From positions 1 through 46,668 of the forward strand of contig CAMBZO010000001.1 of NCBI GenBank assembly GCA_945872195.1: 46,668 nt of DNA, read 5' to 3'. This document shows, piece after piece, positions 17,283 through 26,429 of this stretch (the first letter of the stretch is position 1; the number at the start of each line of letters is the position of its first letter). The notes beneath the pieces were generated by a model. That model was not told the origin of the DNA. It did no database searches and worked only from the letters and a program-made list of their open reading frames with translations. The DNA comes from Akkermansia muciniphila. Its GTDB lineage: Bacteria; Verrucomicrobiota; Verrucomicrobiia; Limisphaerales; SXTU01. The translations under genes and the position numbers were made by a program.

Positions 17283-18761
17283 ATGTTCCGCCTCCAAGAC
17301 AAAAATGTGCTGGTCATCGGCCTCGGCCTGAGTGGGGCGGCGGCGGCGCGCCTGCTCGTCTCGCGCGGCGCGCGTGTTACCGCCATGGCCAACTCCGACA
17401 CGCCCGATCTGCGGCGCGAGGTGGAGGAATTGCGCGACCTCGGCGTGCGTGTGGAACTCGACCTGCGCCTGCCGACTGATGGCCAGTTTGATTTTGCCGT
17501 CGTCAGCCCCGGCGTTCCGATGGACTCGCTGCTTGTGAAGGAATTGCGCCAGCGCGAAATTCCCGTCATCGGCGAGCTGGAGCTTGGCTGGCAAGAGGCC
17601 GTCTGCCTCAACGTCTCTGTCACCGGCACGAACGGGAAGACCACGACGGTTGAACTCATCGAGCACGTTCTGACTCACTGTCACAAGCGCACACTGGCTG
17701 TCGGGAACATCGGCAAGCCGCTTTGCTCCGTTACAGAGGAGTCGAAGCAACTCGACTACCTCACGCTCGAAGTCAGCTCGTTCCAGTTGGAGACGATTCG
17801 CTTCTTCCGCCCCGCCGTCGCGGTGCTGCTCAATATCACGCCCGATCATTTGGATCGTCATCACACGATGGCTGACTATGCGCGCGCGAAGGCCCGCATC
17901 TTCGAGAACCAGCAGCCTTTCGACTGGGCCATCGTGCAGACGGAGGCGTTGGCGATGCTCCGCACGCAGGGCGTGGAGGTGCCCGCGAAGCTCATCACCT
18001 TCAGCGCGCAGAACCGCCGCGCGGACATCTACCTCGACCGCTCGCTCATCATCAGCAGCATCGAGGGCTGGGTCGGGCCGCTGATTGATTTGGAGAAGAC
18101 ACAGATGCGCGGTCCGCACAACGCCGAGAACGTCATGGCCGTCCTCGCGGTCGGCCACGTGCTGCGGTTGCCGTTGGAGGAAATGGTCGCGGCCATCGCG
18201 AGTTTCAAGCCGGGCGCGCACCGCTGCGAACTCATCGCCGAAATCAACGGCGTGAAATTTGTCAACGACTCGAAGGCCACGAACCTCGACGCGGTCGCGA
18301 AGGCGTTGCAAACGATGCCTGCCGCGCAGCCCGGCGAACCGAATGTCTTGCTCATCGCTGGAGGGCGCGACAAGGGCCTGGATTACCACGACCTTGGCCC
18401 GCTCTTGGCGCAGCGCGTGAAGGGCACTTTCCTGCTTGGCGAGACGCGGGAAAAACTCCGTGCCTCGTGGAGCCTCTTTACCCCTTGCACGCTCGTGGAT
18501 TCATTGCTAGAAGCGGTCCACGAAGCCGTCAGGATTGCGACCCCTGGTGACATCGTCTTGCTTTCGCCGGCCTGTTCGAGTTTCGATTTGTTCCGTGATT
18601 ACCGCCACCGGGGTGAAGTGTTTCGACAGGCAGTCGGGCAACTGAATAGCACAAGTAATGGCGGTGTCGCCGCCGACGGCCCCACAAATGGGGGTGGTCA
18701 GAAAATCGGTGAGACGGGAAATCGAGTCGCGAAACGTAACGAGAAGATTTTGCAGATTTAA
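17283..18761 (+). CDS. murD: UDP-N-acetylmuramoylalanine--D-glutamate ligase
   Basis: Carries VIGLGLSG, VTGTNGKTTT, DSKATN and GGRDKG. About 45 aa at the C-terminus form a low-complexity tail. Confidence 0.9.
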   Translation: MFRLQDKNVLVIGLGLSGAAAARLLVSRGARVTAMANSDTPDLRREVEELRDLGVRVELDLRLPTDGQFDFAVVSPGVPMDSLLVKELRQREIPVIGELELGWQEAVCLNVSVTGTNGKTTTVELIEHVLTHCHKRTLAVGNIGKPLCSVTEESKQLDYLTLEVSSFQLETIRFFRPAVAVLLNITPDHLDRHHTMADYARAKARIFENQQPFDWAIVQTEALAMLRTQGVEVPAKLITFSAQNRRADIYLDRSLIISSIEGWVGPLIDLEKTQMRGPHNAENVMAVLAVGHVLRLPLEEMVAAIASFKPGAHRCELIAEINGVKFVNDSKATNLDAVAKALQTMPAAQPGEPNVLLIAGGRDKGLDYHDLGPLLAQRVKGTFLLGETREKLRASWSLFTPCTLVDSLLEAVHEAVRIATPGDIVLLSPACSSFDLFRDYRHRGEVFRQAVGQLNSTSNGGVAADGPTNGGGQKIGETGNRVAKRNEKILQI

Positions 18762-18833
18762 TCAGACAAATTTCGCCGGAGACCGGACAGCTCTGGCGAG
18801 CCAAACAACGCAGCGAACAAAGCACTAAACATC

Positions 18834-19727
18834 ATGAGCACTCCGAACCCGTTAAACTCGCAAGGCTCCCTCCTTGAGCAGAAGGCCAAGCGGAAGACAA
18901 ACCTCCCCGTCATCGTCGCCGCTTTTGTCGGCGCTCACATCGTCGTCGCTGCCGGCATACTCTTGCCGGGGTGCAAACCCGAACCTAAACCCGTGGCGAA
19001 GGCACCCGAGCCTGTGTTGCCAATCATGACGCCCGCCGATCTCGGTTCGCCGGTCGCGCCCGTGCCGGGAGGAGTCGGTGCGCCTGGAACTTTGCCGCCC
19101 ATCGGCGGCACGCCGTTGCCCTTTCCGGCACCGGGGCTTGCCCCGTTGCCAACCACGCCCACCGCGCCGCCATTGGCTCCGGTGCCCGTCGTGCCCGTCG
19201 TGCCCGTGCCTGAGCCGGCCCCTGCCGCGCCCGCGGGTGAGGCGAAGGTCCACGTCGTCGTGAAGGGCGATTCCTTCTCCACCATGGTCAAAAAATATGG
19301 CGTCGGTGTGAAGGCCATCGAAGCCGCGAACCCCGGCGTGGATTCCACCAAGCTCAAACTTGGCCAGAAGATCAACATCCCTGCTGCCGCGCCGAAGCCG
19401 GTGAAAACCAACGGGACCAAGGGCGACGCGGCAGCCGCGACCGACGCCGGCGGGACCTACACCGTCAAGTCCGGCGACAACCTTGGTAGCATCGCCAAGC
19501 TCCACGGCACTACGGTCGCCAAGCTCCGTGAGGCGAATGGCCTCAAGACCGACCAGATCAAAGTCGGACAGAAGCTCAAGGTTCCTGCGGGTGGGGTGAA
19601 GAAAAGCAACGAGCCGTCCGCAGGCGCGGTCCCAGCCCCGAAGGGGGATGCCGTGCTGGCACCGCCCCTGCCGCTGCCGTCTTCGGGCGAACCGGCCCCG
19701 GCCCCGAAGGCTCCTGGCCAGCTCTGA
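18834..19727 (+). CDS. membrane-anchored protein with a Pro-rich linker and two LysM domains
   Basis: It has a TM segment (LPVIVAAFVGAHIVVAAGILL), a PxP-rich linker and two LysM-like units: HVVVKGDSFSTMVKKYGV..IEAANPG.....LKLGQKINIP and YTVKSGDNLGSIAKLHGTTVAKLREANGL.TDQIKVGQKLKVP. Confidence 0.8.
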   Translation: MSTPNPLNSQGSLLEQKAKRKTNLPVIVAAFVGAHIVVAAGILLPGCKPEPKPVAKAPEPVLPIMTPADLGSPVAPVPGGVGAPGTLPPIGGTPLPFPAPGLAPLPTTPTAPPLAPVPVVPVVPVPEPAPAAPAGEAKVHVVVKGDSFSTMVKKYGVGVKAIEAANPGVDSTKLKLGQKINIPAAAPKPVKTNGTKGDAAAATDAGGTYTVKSGDNLGSIAKLHGTTVAKLREANGLKTDQIKVGQKLKVPAGGVKKSNEPSAGAVPAPKGDAVLAPPLPLPSSGEPAPAPKAPGQL

Positions 19728-19931
19728 GCTGATTCTTCCAAAAAACCAACCACCCCAATCACCGATGCACCGGCTGACTGGCGACGATGGGACGGGGGCG
19801 TGGCACCGATTGCTGCCACGATCCGTCCCGTCGGTGGTCGGTGGCGCACGCGGCTGCGGAAAGTGTAAGATTAAGTGGAGAGACTGTGCCGCAGTTCGTA
19901 ATTTTACTCTCTTTCCCATTCCCTTCCTCCC

Positions 19932-21074
19932 ATGACCATCCGCCGCATCGCCTCGTTTTTCATCTTCTCCGTTGCGGCTCTGCTCGCGATCGGGTTGGTG
20001 ATGCTCTACAGCGCGAGCATGACCCAGAAGGGCGAGGCGTTCCTCATCAAGCAGGCCATCTTCGCCGCCGTTGGCATCGCGGCCTGCTTCGCCGCTGCGG
20101 CGATAGATTACCGCTGGCTGCGCAAGCTCGTCTGGCCCGGCCTCATCATTTCCTGCCTGCTGCTCGTCTGGACTTGGCGGATGGAAAAGGAAGTCAACGG
20201 GGCCACGCGTTGGATTTTTTTTGAGCAGCTCGGCGGCTTCAGCTTTCAGTCCTCCGAACTGGCGAAGATAGTCGTCGTCGCGATGCTCGCGCACTACGCC
20301 TGCCTTTACCGCGACCGGATGAAGGAGTTCAAACGCGGCATCCTCATTCCCGGTCTGCTCGCTGCCTGCCCCCTCGCGCTCGTGCTGGCAGGGAAAGATT
20401 TCGGCACGACGATGCTGCTCGGCCTGGTTGTCTTGCTCATGCTGTTCGTCGCCGGGGTGCGTCTGGGGCATCTCATCCCGCTGGGCATCGGGGCTGTCGT
20501 CTTCATCGGTGCGTTGCTGATGCGCAACGAGAACCGCAGCACCCGCATTGACGCCTGGCTGCACCCGGAAAAACACATGCGCACAGGCGCACACCAGCAA
20601 ATTCAATCCGTGTATGCGATCGGCTCGGGCGGCGTGACAGGCGTTGGCTTGGGCAGCGGCCGCCAGAAAACCGGCTTCATACCTGAGCACCACACAGACT
20701 TCATCTTCTCCATCATCGCGGAGGAATTCGGCCTCATCGCCACGCTCGGTCTGCTCGCGACCTACGGCCTGCTCTGCTGGTGCGGCCTCAGCATCGCGTG
20801 GCGCGCGAGCGACCTCTTCGGCCAACTCCTGGTCATCGGCCTCGTTTTCCTCATCGGCGTGCAAGTCTTCATCAACGTTGGCGTCGCCACGATGGTGCTG
20901 CCGAACAAAGGCCTCTCGCTGCCGTTCATCAGCTACGGAGGCTCGAACCTCGTCATGCTCCTCGCCTCAGCGGGCCTCATCCTCAGCGTTGCACGTCGCG
21001 CTACTGACAAACCGCTCGTCGTCGCCGCGCCGCTTGACGACAACCCCTTCACCGCGCTCCCGCGTCCCGCCTGA
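19932..21074 (+). CDS. ftsW: SEDS-family peptidoglycan glycosyltransferase FtsW
   Basis: A polytopic protein carrying QSSELAKI, HTDFIFSIIAEEFG and LPFISYGGSN. It sits in the expected dcw position. Confidence 0.9.
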   Translation: MTIRRIASFFIFSVAALLAIGLVMLYSASMTQKGEAFLIKQAIFAAVGIAACFAAAAIDYRWLRKLVWPGLIISCLLLVWTWRMEKEVNGATRWIFFEQLGGFSFQSSELAKIVVVAMLAHYACLYRDRMKEFKRGILIPGLLAACPLALVLAGKDFGTTMLLGLVVLLMLFVAGVRLGHLIPLGIGAVVFIGALLMRNENRSTRIDAWLHPEKHMRTGAHQQIQSVYAIGSGGVTGVGLGSGRQKTGFIPEHHTDFIFSIIAEEFGLIATLGLLATYGLLCWCGLSIAWRASDLFGQLLVIGLVFLIGVQVFINVGVATMVLPNKGLSLPFISYGGSNLVMLLASAGLILSVARRATDKPLVVAAPLDDNPFTALPRPA

Positions 21075-22321
21075 TGCACCGCCCTGCGGAAAACCCACTT
21101 GTTGCCATCGCCTGCGGTGGCACGGGCGGGCATCTCTTCCCGGGGCTGGCGGTTGCCGGCGAATTGCAGCGCCGCGACTGCGATGTGCTCCTGCTCGTCT
21201 CGCCCAAGGAAGTAGACCAGCAGGCCGTGCGTGCCGCGCGCGAGCTCCAAGTCGCCACGCTTCCCGCCGTCGCGCTGCAAGACAACCCGCTCGCCTTCGC
21301 CCGCGCCTCCCTCGCCTCGTATCAAGCGGCGAAGCAACTCTTCGCCGCGCGCCCGCCCCGCGCCGTGCTCGCGATGGGTGGCTTCACCAGCGCCCCGCCC
21401 GTGCTGGCGGGAAAGAAGTTCGGCGCCAAAACTTTTCTGCACGAATCGAACACCATCCCCGGCCGCGCGAACCGCTGGCTCGCGCACATCGTGGACGAGG
21501 CGTTCGTCGGCTTTCCGCAAGCAGCGAGTCGGCTTTGGATTCAACGTCATGCCGTCACCGGGACGCCCGTGCGCGAGCAGTTCGCACCCGCCGATGCCGC
21601 GAGCTGTCGTCTGGCGCTCGGCCTCGACGCAAAGCGCCCCACGCTCGTCATCACCGGCGGCAGCCAAGGAGCGACCGGCCTGAACGACTTGGCGCTCGGC
21701 GCGCTGGCTGAACTCACCGCGCGTCATCCTGACCTCCAGTTCATCCACCTGACCGGCGCGAGCGATTTGGACCGAGCCCGTGCGGCCTACGAACAACTCG
21801 GAACTCAGAACTCAAAACTCAGAACCCGCTCCCTCGTCCAGCCCTTCCTCACCGAGATGGAACTCGCCCTCGGTGCGGCAACGCTCGTGGTCAGCCGCGC
21901 GGGCGCATCCTCGCTTGCGGAGCTCGCCGCGATCCGTGTGCCGGCCATCCTCGTGCCGCTGCCGACTTCTGCGGACGACCACCAACTCCACAACGCCCGC
22001 GCCTTCGCGGACACCGGCGCGGCGCGGCTGCTGAACCAGCGTCCCACCTCGCCCACGCAGTTCGCCGCGCTCGTCTCCGAGTTGCTCACGAACGCCCCCG
22101 CCCGAGCGCAGATGCAGACCGCGCTCGCCCAGTGGCACCAGCCCACCGCCGCAGCCGACCTCGCCAAGCGCATCCTTCGAGCGTGCGGGCTGCCTGTGAC
22201 CGCGAAGGATACCACCGAGGCTGAGTGGCAACCGCCCGCGCGCTTCGCAAAGGCCATCAAGCCCCAACCCACCGAGGTCCGTGCGGACTCAGCCAGGCCT
22301 CTTCAATCGTCAATCCCATGA
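21074..22321 (+). CDS. murG: UDP-N-acetylglucosamine--N-acetylmuramyl-(pentapeptide) pyrophosphoryl-undecaprenol GlcNAc transferase
   Basis: Carries ACGGTGGHLFPGLAVA, GGSQGA, SRAGASSLAEL and DDHQLHNA. Its ATG overlaps the ftsW stop (TGATG). There is a C-terminal extension of about 55 aa. Confidence 0.9.
   Translation: MHRPAENPLVAIACGGTGGHLFPGLAVAGELQRRDCDVLLLVSPKEVDQQAVRAARELQVATLPAVALQDNPLAFARASLASYQAAKQLFAARPPRAVLAMGGFTSAPPVLAGKKFGAKTFLHESNTIPGRANRWLAHIVDEAFVGFPQAASRLWIQRHAVTGTPVREQFAPADAASCRLALGLDAKRPTLVITGGSQGATGLNDLALGALAELTARHPDLQFIHLTGASDLDRARAAYEQLGTQNSKLRTRSLVQPFLTEMELALGAATLVVSRAGASSLAELAAIRVPAILVPLPTSADDHQLHNARAFADTGAARLLNQRPTSPTQFAALVSELLTNAPARAQMQTALAQWHQPTAAADLAKRILRACGLPVTAKDTTEAEWQPPARFAKAIKPQPTEVRADSARPLQSSIP
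21801..21825. repeat. GAACTCAGAACTCAAAACTCAGAAC tandem repeat inside murG
   Basis: Direct reading; it encodes GTQNSKLRT in the MurG frame. The 11-mer GAACTCAAAAC is shared with 6952-6962. Confidence 0.75.
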
Positions 22322-23259
22322 CCGCGCTCGCCCCAGAGCCCATCCCGCGCACCGCCGACCTCGCGGCGGAACTCCGCGCGCTGCTCACGCCCGCGACCGT
22401 GCTGCGGCGCGATGAACCACTTGCCAAGCGCACCACGCTGCGCGTCGGCGGGCCGGCGGAGATTTATGTTGAGCCGGCGAACGAGTCCGAGCTGGCGACC
22501 GTCCTGCGCTTCTGTCACGACCAAGATGTGCCGTTCTTCCTGCTCGGGCGCGGCTCGAACCTGCTCATCCGCAACGGCGGTATTCGCGGCGTGGTTATAC
22601 ACCTCGGCGCGCCTGCGTTCTCGGACATTAAAGTGGAGGGCGATCAGCTCCGCTGCGGCGCGGGCACAAGGCTGAAGGACATCGCTCTCACAGCGAAAAG
22701 CCACGGCCTCGGCGGCTTGGAGTTTCTCGCAGGCATCCCCGGCAACCTCGGCGGCGCGCTCCACATGAACGCGGGCGCGATGAACGCGTGGACCTTCGAG
22801 GCGGTCGAGACGCTTCGCTTCATGGACTACACTGGCGTCGCCCACGACCGCCCCGCGCGTGACGTGCCGACGACCTACCGGAGTTGCCCGTTGCTCAAGT
22901 CCGCCGTCGCCCTCGGCGCGGTGTTGAAGGGTTGTTCCACGCCGCGCGAGCAAATCGAGGCGAAGCTCGCCGAGTGTCAGAAGAAGCGCTGGACCTCGCA
23001 GCCCAAGGAGCCGAGCGCCGGCTGCATCTTCAAGAACACGAAGACCGTTCCCGCCGGTAAGCTCGTGGACGAACTTGGACTCAAGGGCACGCGTGTCGGT
23101 GACGCGGTCGTCTCGGTCGTCCATGGCAACTTCATCATCAACGCCGGCAAGGCCTCCGCGCGCGACGTGCTGGCGCTCATCGAAATCATCCGCACCACGG
23201 CGCGCGAGCAGCGCGGCATCGAGTTGGAGACGGAAGTGGAAATCGTCGGCGAGGATTGA
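22318..23259 (+). CDS. murB: UDP-N-acetylenolpyruvoylglucosamine reductase
   Basis: Carries LAKRTTLRVGGPAEIYVEP, LGRGSNLL, GCIFKNT and GNFIIN. Its ATG overlaps the murG TGA (ATGA). Confidence 0.9.
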   Translation: MTALAPEPIPRTADLAAELRALLTPATVLRRDEPLAKRTTLRVGGPAEIYVEPANESELATVLRFCHDQDVPFFLLGRGSNLLIRNGGIRGVVIHLGAPAFSDIKVEGDQLRCGAGTRLKDIALTAKSHGLGGLEFLAGIPGNLGGALHMNAGAMNAWTFEAVETLRFMDYTGVAHDRPARDVPTTYRSCPLLKSAVALGAVLKGCSTPREQIEAKLAECQKKRWTSQPKEPSAGCIFKNTKTVPAGKLVDELGLKGTRVGDAVVSVVHGNFIINAGKASARDVLALIEIIRTTAREQRGIELETEVEIVGED

Positions 23260-23262
23260 ATC

Positions 23263-24180
23263 ATGTCTCCTCCTCTCATCATCACCGTCATGCTCGGCGG
23301 CCCGTCTGCCGAGCGCGAAGTTTCGCTCCGCTCCGGTGCGGCGGTTGCGGCGGCATTGCGCTCGAACGGCCACACTGTTCACGAGCTTGATCCTGGCGGG
23401 CCGGGCCAGTGGGCGTTGCCTGCGGGCACGGAGGTCGTTTTTCTCGCGCTGCACGGCACTTACGGCGAGGACGGCACGGTGCAGCGCGCACTCGAAGCGA
23501 TGGGCGTGCCCTACACCGGCTGCGACCCGGAGGCCAGCCGACTCGCATTCGACAAGGTGCTTACCAAGCAGAAGTGCGTCGCGTGCGGTGTGCCGACGGC
23601 GAAATTCATGACCTTCAAATCAGCGGACGCGCAGTGGCCCGATGGCTGGGAGACCCCGGTGGTGATCAAGCCCGTGCGGCAGGGCAGCAGCGTCGGCTTG
23701 CAGTTCGTGGACTCGGCCGCGGAGTTTCCTGCGAAGCTCGCCGAGGCGCTAAAGTTCGACACGGAAGTGCTCATGGAAGAGCGCATCGTCGGACGCGAGA
23801 CGACGGTGGGCATCCTCGCGGGCCGCGCGTTGCCGGTCGTGGAGGTGCGCCCGAAGCAAGGCAGCTACGACTACGCGAACAAATACACTGCCGGCGCGAC
23901 GGAGTATTTCTGTCCGGCTGATTTTGACGCGATGACGACGGCCCGTATCCAGGAGGCGGCGCATGCGGCGTTCAGCTCAATCGGCGGACGCGATTATGCG
24001 CGCGTGGATGTGATGGTGCGAGCGAGCGGTGAGCCCGTGGTGCTCGAGGTGAACACCTTACCCGGCATGACCGAGACGAGCCTGCTGCCCAAAGCCGCCG
24101 CCGCCGCCGGGCTGAGTTACGCGGAGCTTTGCCAGATGATGGTGGACCTCGCGCTGCGGCGCGGGACGCAATCCAGATGA
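23263..24180 (+). CDS. ddl: D-alanine--D-alanine ligase
   Basis: Carries GGPSAEREVSLRSG, ALHGTYGEDGTVQ, KP...GSSVG and LEVNTLPGMT. Confidence 0.9.
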   Translation: MSPPLIITVMLGGPSAEREVSLRSGAAVAAALRSNGHTVHELDPGGPGQWALPAGTEVVFLALHGTYGEDGTVQRALEAMGVPYTGCDPEASRLAFDKVLTKQKCVACGVPTAKFMTFKSADAQWPDGWETPVVIKPVRQGSSVGLQFVDSAAEFPAKLAEALKFDTEVLMEERIVGRETTVGILAGRALPVVEVRPKQGSYDYANKYTAGATEYFCPADFDAMTTARIQEAAHAAFSSIGGRDYARVDVMVRASGEPVVLEVNTLPGMTETSLLPKAAAAAGLSYAELCQMMVDLALRRGTQSR

Positions 24181-24196
24181 GACAACTTTGACCGCC

Positions 24197-25174
24197 ATGT
24201 TCCGAAAACTAGCCCACCTCCTCAAAATCAACCGTCGTCTCCAGCGCGAGAACGAGAACGTGCTGCGCGTGAAGCTGCGCGCCGACCAACTCCGCGCCGA
24301 GCGCACGCGCTTCGCGATGCAGGTGCTCACGGTGCTCTTCGGAGCGGCGGTGGTGATCTTCCTCGGCTGGCGCGGGGTGGACTGGGCGGTGCGGGAGTTC
24401 GTCACGGAGAATCCGGCATTCGCGACGAAGAAGATTGATTTGCAGACCGATGGCGTGCTGACGGCGGAGGCGTTGCGCAAGTGGGGGCGAGTGCGGGTCG
24501 GCGAGAATCTGATGAGCCTCGACCTGTCGCTCATCAAGCGGGACCTCGAACTCGTGCCGCTCATCCAGTCCGCCGCCGTCGAGCGCGTGCTGCCGGACAC
24601 GCTCCGCATCCGGGTGACCGAGCGCGTGCCGGTGGCGCAGGTCGCCGTGGCGCGCCCGGACGCCAGCGGCCGTTACACGACGGTCATCCACCTGCTCGAT
24701 GCCACGGGCTTCGTGATGTTGCCGCCTGACCGCACGATGGTCGCGGACCCGACGGCGTTGCAAATGGACTGGCTGCCCGAACTGCGCGGTGTCAACGACG
24801 TGGACCTCAAGCTCGGCCGGCAGGTCGAGTCCGCGCAGGTCCGCTCCGCGCTCCGCCTGCTGGGGCGCTACGAGCGCTCGGTGATGTTCGGGCGCGCGGA
24901 CATCCGGCGCGTGGATGTGACGTCTGCGGAGATACTCACCGCGACAACCTCCGCCGGCAGCGAAATCACCTTCGCCTCGCAGCGGGATTTTGACACGCAG
25001 CTGCGCCGCTGGCGCGCGGTGCAGGACGTGTTCACACAGCGGGGCAAGGTGATCCGGACTTTCGATGTCTCCATCTCGGACTATCTGCCGACCGTGTTGG
25101 TGGACGCGAATGCTCTCCCCGCCCCGCCTGCCAAGCCTGTCAAACCTGCACCTTATCGGAGGAAAAATGCTTAA
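24197..25174 (+). CDS. ftsQ: cell division protein FtsQ (POTRA-containing)
   Basis: It lies between ddl and ftsA. It has one TM segment (VLTVLFGAAVVIFLGW) followed by a POTRA-like segment (IDLQTDGVLTAEAL...LIQSAAVERVLPDTLRIRVTER). ATG at 24197 was chosen over the TTG at 24188. Confidence 0.75.
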   Translation: MFRKLAHLLKINRRLQRENENVLRVKLRADQLRAERTRFAMQVLTVLFGAAVVIFLGWRGVDWAVREFVTENPAFATKKIDLQTDGVLTAEALRKWGRVRVGENLMSLDLSLIKRDLELVPLIQSAAVERVLPDTLRIRVTERVPVAQVAVARPDASGRYTTVIHLLDATGFVMLPPDRTMVADPTALQMDWLPELRGVNDVDLKLGRQVESAQVRSALRLLGRYERSVMFGRADIRRVDVTSAEILTATTSAGSEITFASQRDFDTQLRRWRAVQDVFTQRGKVIRTFDVSISDYLPTVLVDANALPAPPAKPVKPAPYRRKNA

Positions 25175-26396
25175 CCTCTTCTTTCCCAAAAAAACCACCG
25201 TCATCGTCGGCCTCGAGATCGGCACCGCGAAGGTCGCCGCCGTCGTGGGCGAAGTCACCGATGGCGGTGGCGTGAACGTCATCGGCATCGGCCAGTGTCC
25301 CTCGCGCGGCGTGCGCAAGGGCGAGGTGGTCAACGCCGAGCACGCCGCCGAGGACGTGCGCAACGCGATTGTCGAGGCGGAGAAATCTGCCGACGTGGAA
25401 ATCGCCAGCGTGTATCTGGGCGTCACCGGCGGACACCTCACGAGCCTCAACACACACGGCGTCTTCACCTCGGTGTCGTTGGATCACGAAATTTCCCAGC
25501 AGGACGTGAACGAGGTGCTGGCGAACGCCAAGGTTTTCAACCGCCCTTCGGAGAACTACGTGCTGCACTCCGTCCGCCAGCATTTCACAGTGAATGGGCA
25601 GGCCGGCATCGTGGACCCGATTGGGATGCTCGGGGAGAATCTGGAAGTGGACATGCACGTCATCCACGGGGTCACGACGCGGCTGCAGAATCACATGCGG
25701 GTCGTCGCGGGGCTGAACTTGGAAGTCGAGCAGACGGTCTTCAGCGGCCTCTGCTCGGCGCTCGCGCTGCTGGACAACGAGCAGAAGCACATCGGCGCGC
25801 TGGTGGTGGACATCGGCGCAGGCACGACGGAATACGTGATCTATGCCGAGGGCGTCATCAAGCACACGGGCGTCATCGCGGTGGGCGGCGATCACGTGAC
25901 GAATGACCTGTCGTATGGCTTGCGCATGGCTCCGGCGCGCGCGGCGTTGCTCATGCGCGAGCACGGCGCGGCGACGCTCGATGGCGTGGCAGACCAGACG
26001 CTCACGCTCACGAGCGAGAATGGCTTTCCCGACCGGCGCGTGGATTTGCATGACCTGCGGCGAATCATGGTCGCGCGGCTGGAAGAGACGTTTCAGCTCA
26101 TTGATAGCGAGATTGGCGAGCTGGGTTTTCACGACCAACTCCGCGCGGGGGTGTGCCTCTGCGGTGGTGGCGCACGCATCCGGGGAATTGAGAAGCTCGC
26201 GGGGAATGTCTTCGGCCTGCCTGCGACGCTGGGTCGTGCGAACGCCGTTGGCGGTCTGCGGTCTGCGTCCGATGATCCGGAACTCGCCACCGCTGTCGGT
26301 CTGGTGAAATACGGTGCGATGCGCCAGAAGGGCAATCAGAGCACCGGCCTGGTCGGCAAAATCAAGGGGTTCGCCGGCTCACTGGGATTATTTTGA
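25167..26396 (+). CDS. ftsA: cell division protein FtsA
   Basis: Actin-like ATPase motifs are present: VGLEIGTAKV, VVDIGAGTTE and LCGGGARIRG. GGAGGA lies upstream of the ATG at 25167, and the ORF overlaps the ftsQ stop. Confidence 0.9.
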   Translation: MLNLFFPKKTTVIVGLEIGTAKVAAVVGEVTDGGGVNVIGIGQCPSRGVRKGEVVNAEHAAEDVRNAIVEAEKSADVEIASVYLGVTGGHLTSLNTHGVFTSVSLDHEISQQDVNEVLANAKVFNRPSENYVLHSVRQHFTVNGQAGIVDPIGMLGENLEVDMHVIHGVTTRLQNHMRVVAGLNLEVEQTVFSGLCSALALLDNEQKHIGALVVDIGAGTTEYVIYAEGVIKHTGVIAVGGDHVTNDLSYGLRMAPARAALLMREHGAATLDGVADQTLTLTSENGFPDRRVDLHDLRRIMVARLEETFQLIDSEIGELGFHDQLRAGVCLCGGGARIRGIEKLAGNVFGLPATLGRANAVGGLRSASDDPELATAVGLVKYGAMRQKGNQSTGLVGKIKGFAGSLGLF

Positions 26397-26429
26397 TTCA
26401 CTTGTCGGCAACTCAACCCGCCATCTGCC

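Noticed and set aside
19789-19829. A nested hairpin (GGGACGG..CGTGGCA-loop-TGCCACG..CCGTCCC) in the LysM-ftsW spacer, considered as a possible terminator.
   Set aside because: No U-tract follows it, and downstream dcw genes must still be transcribed. It may be a processing or attenuation structure, but the evidence is too weak to call.
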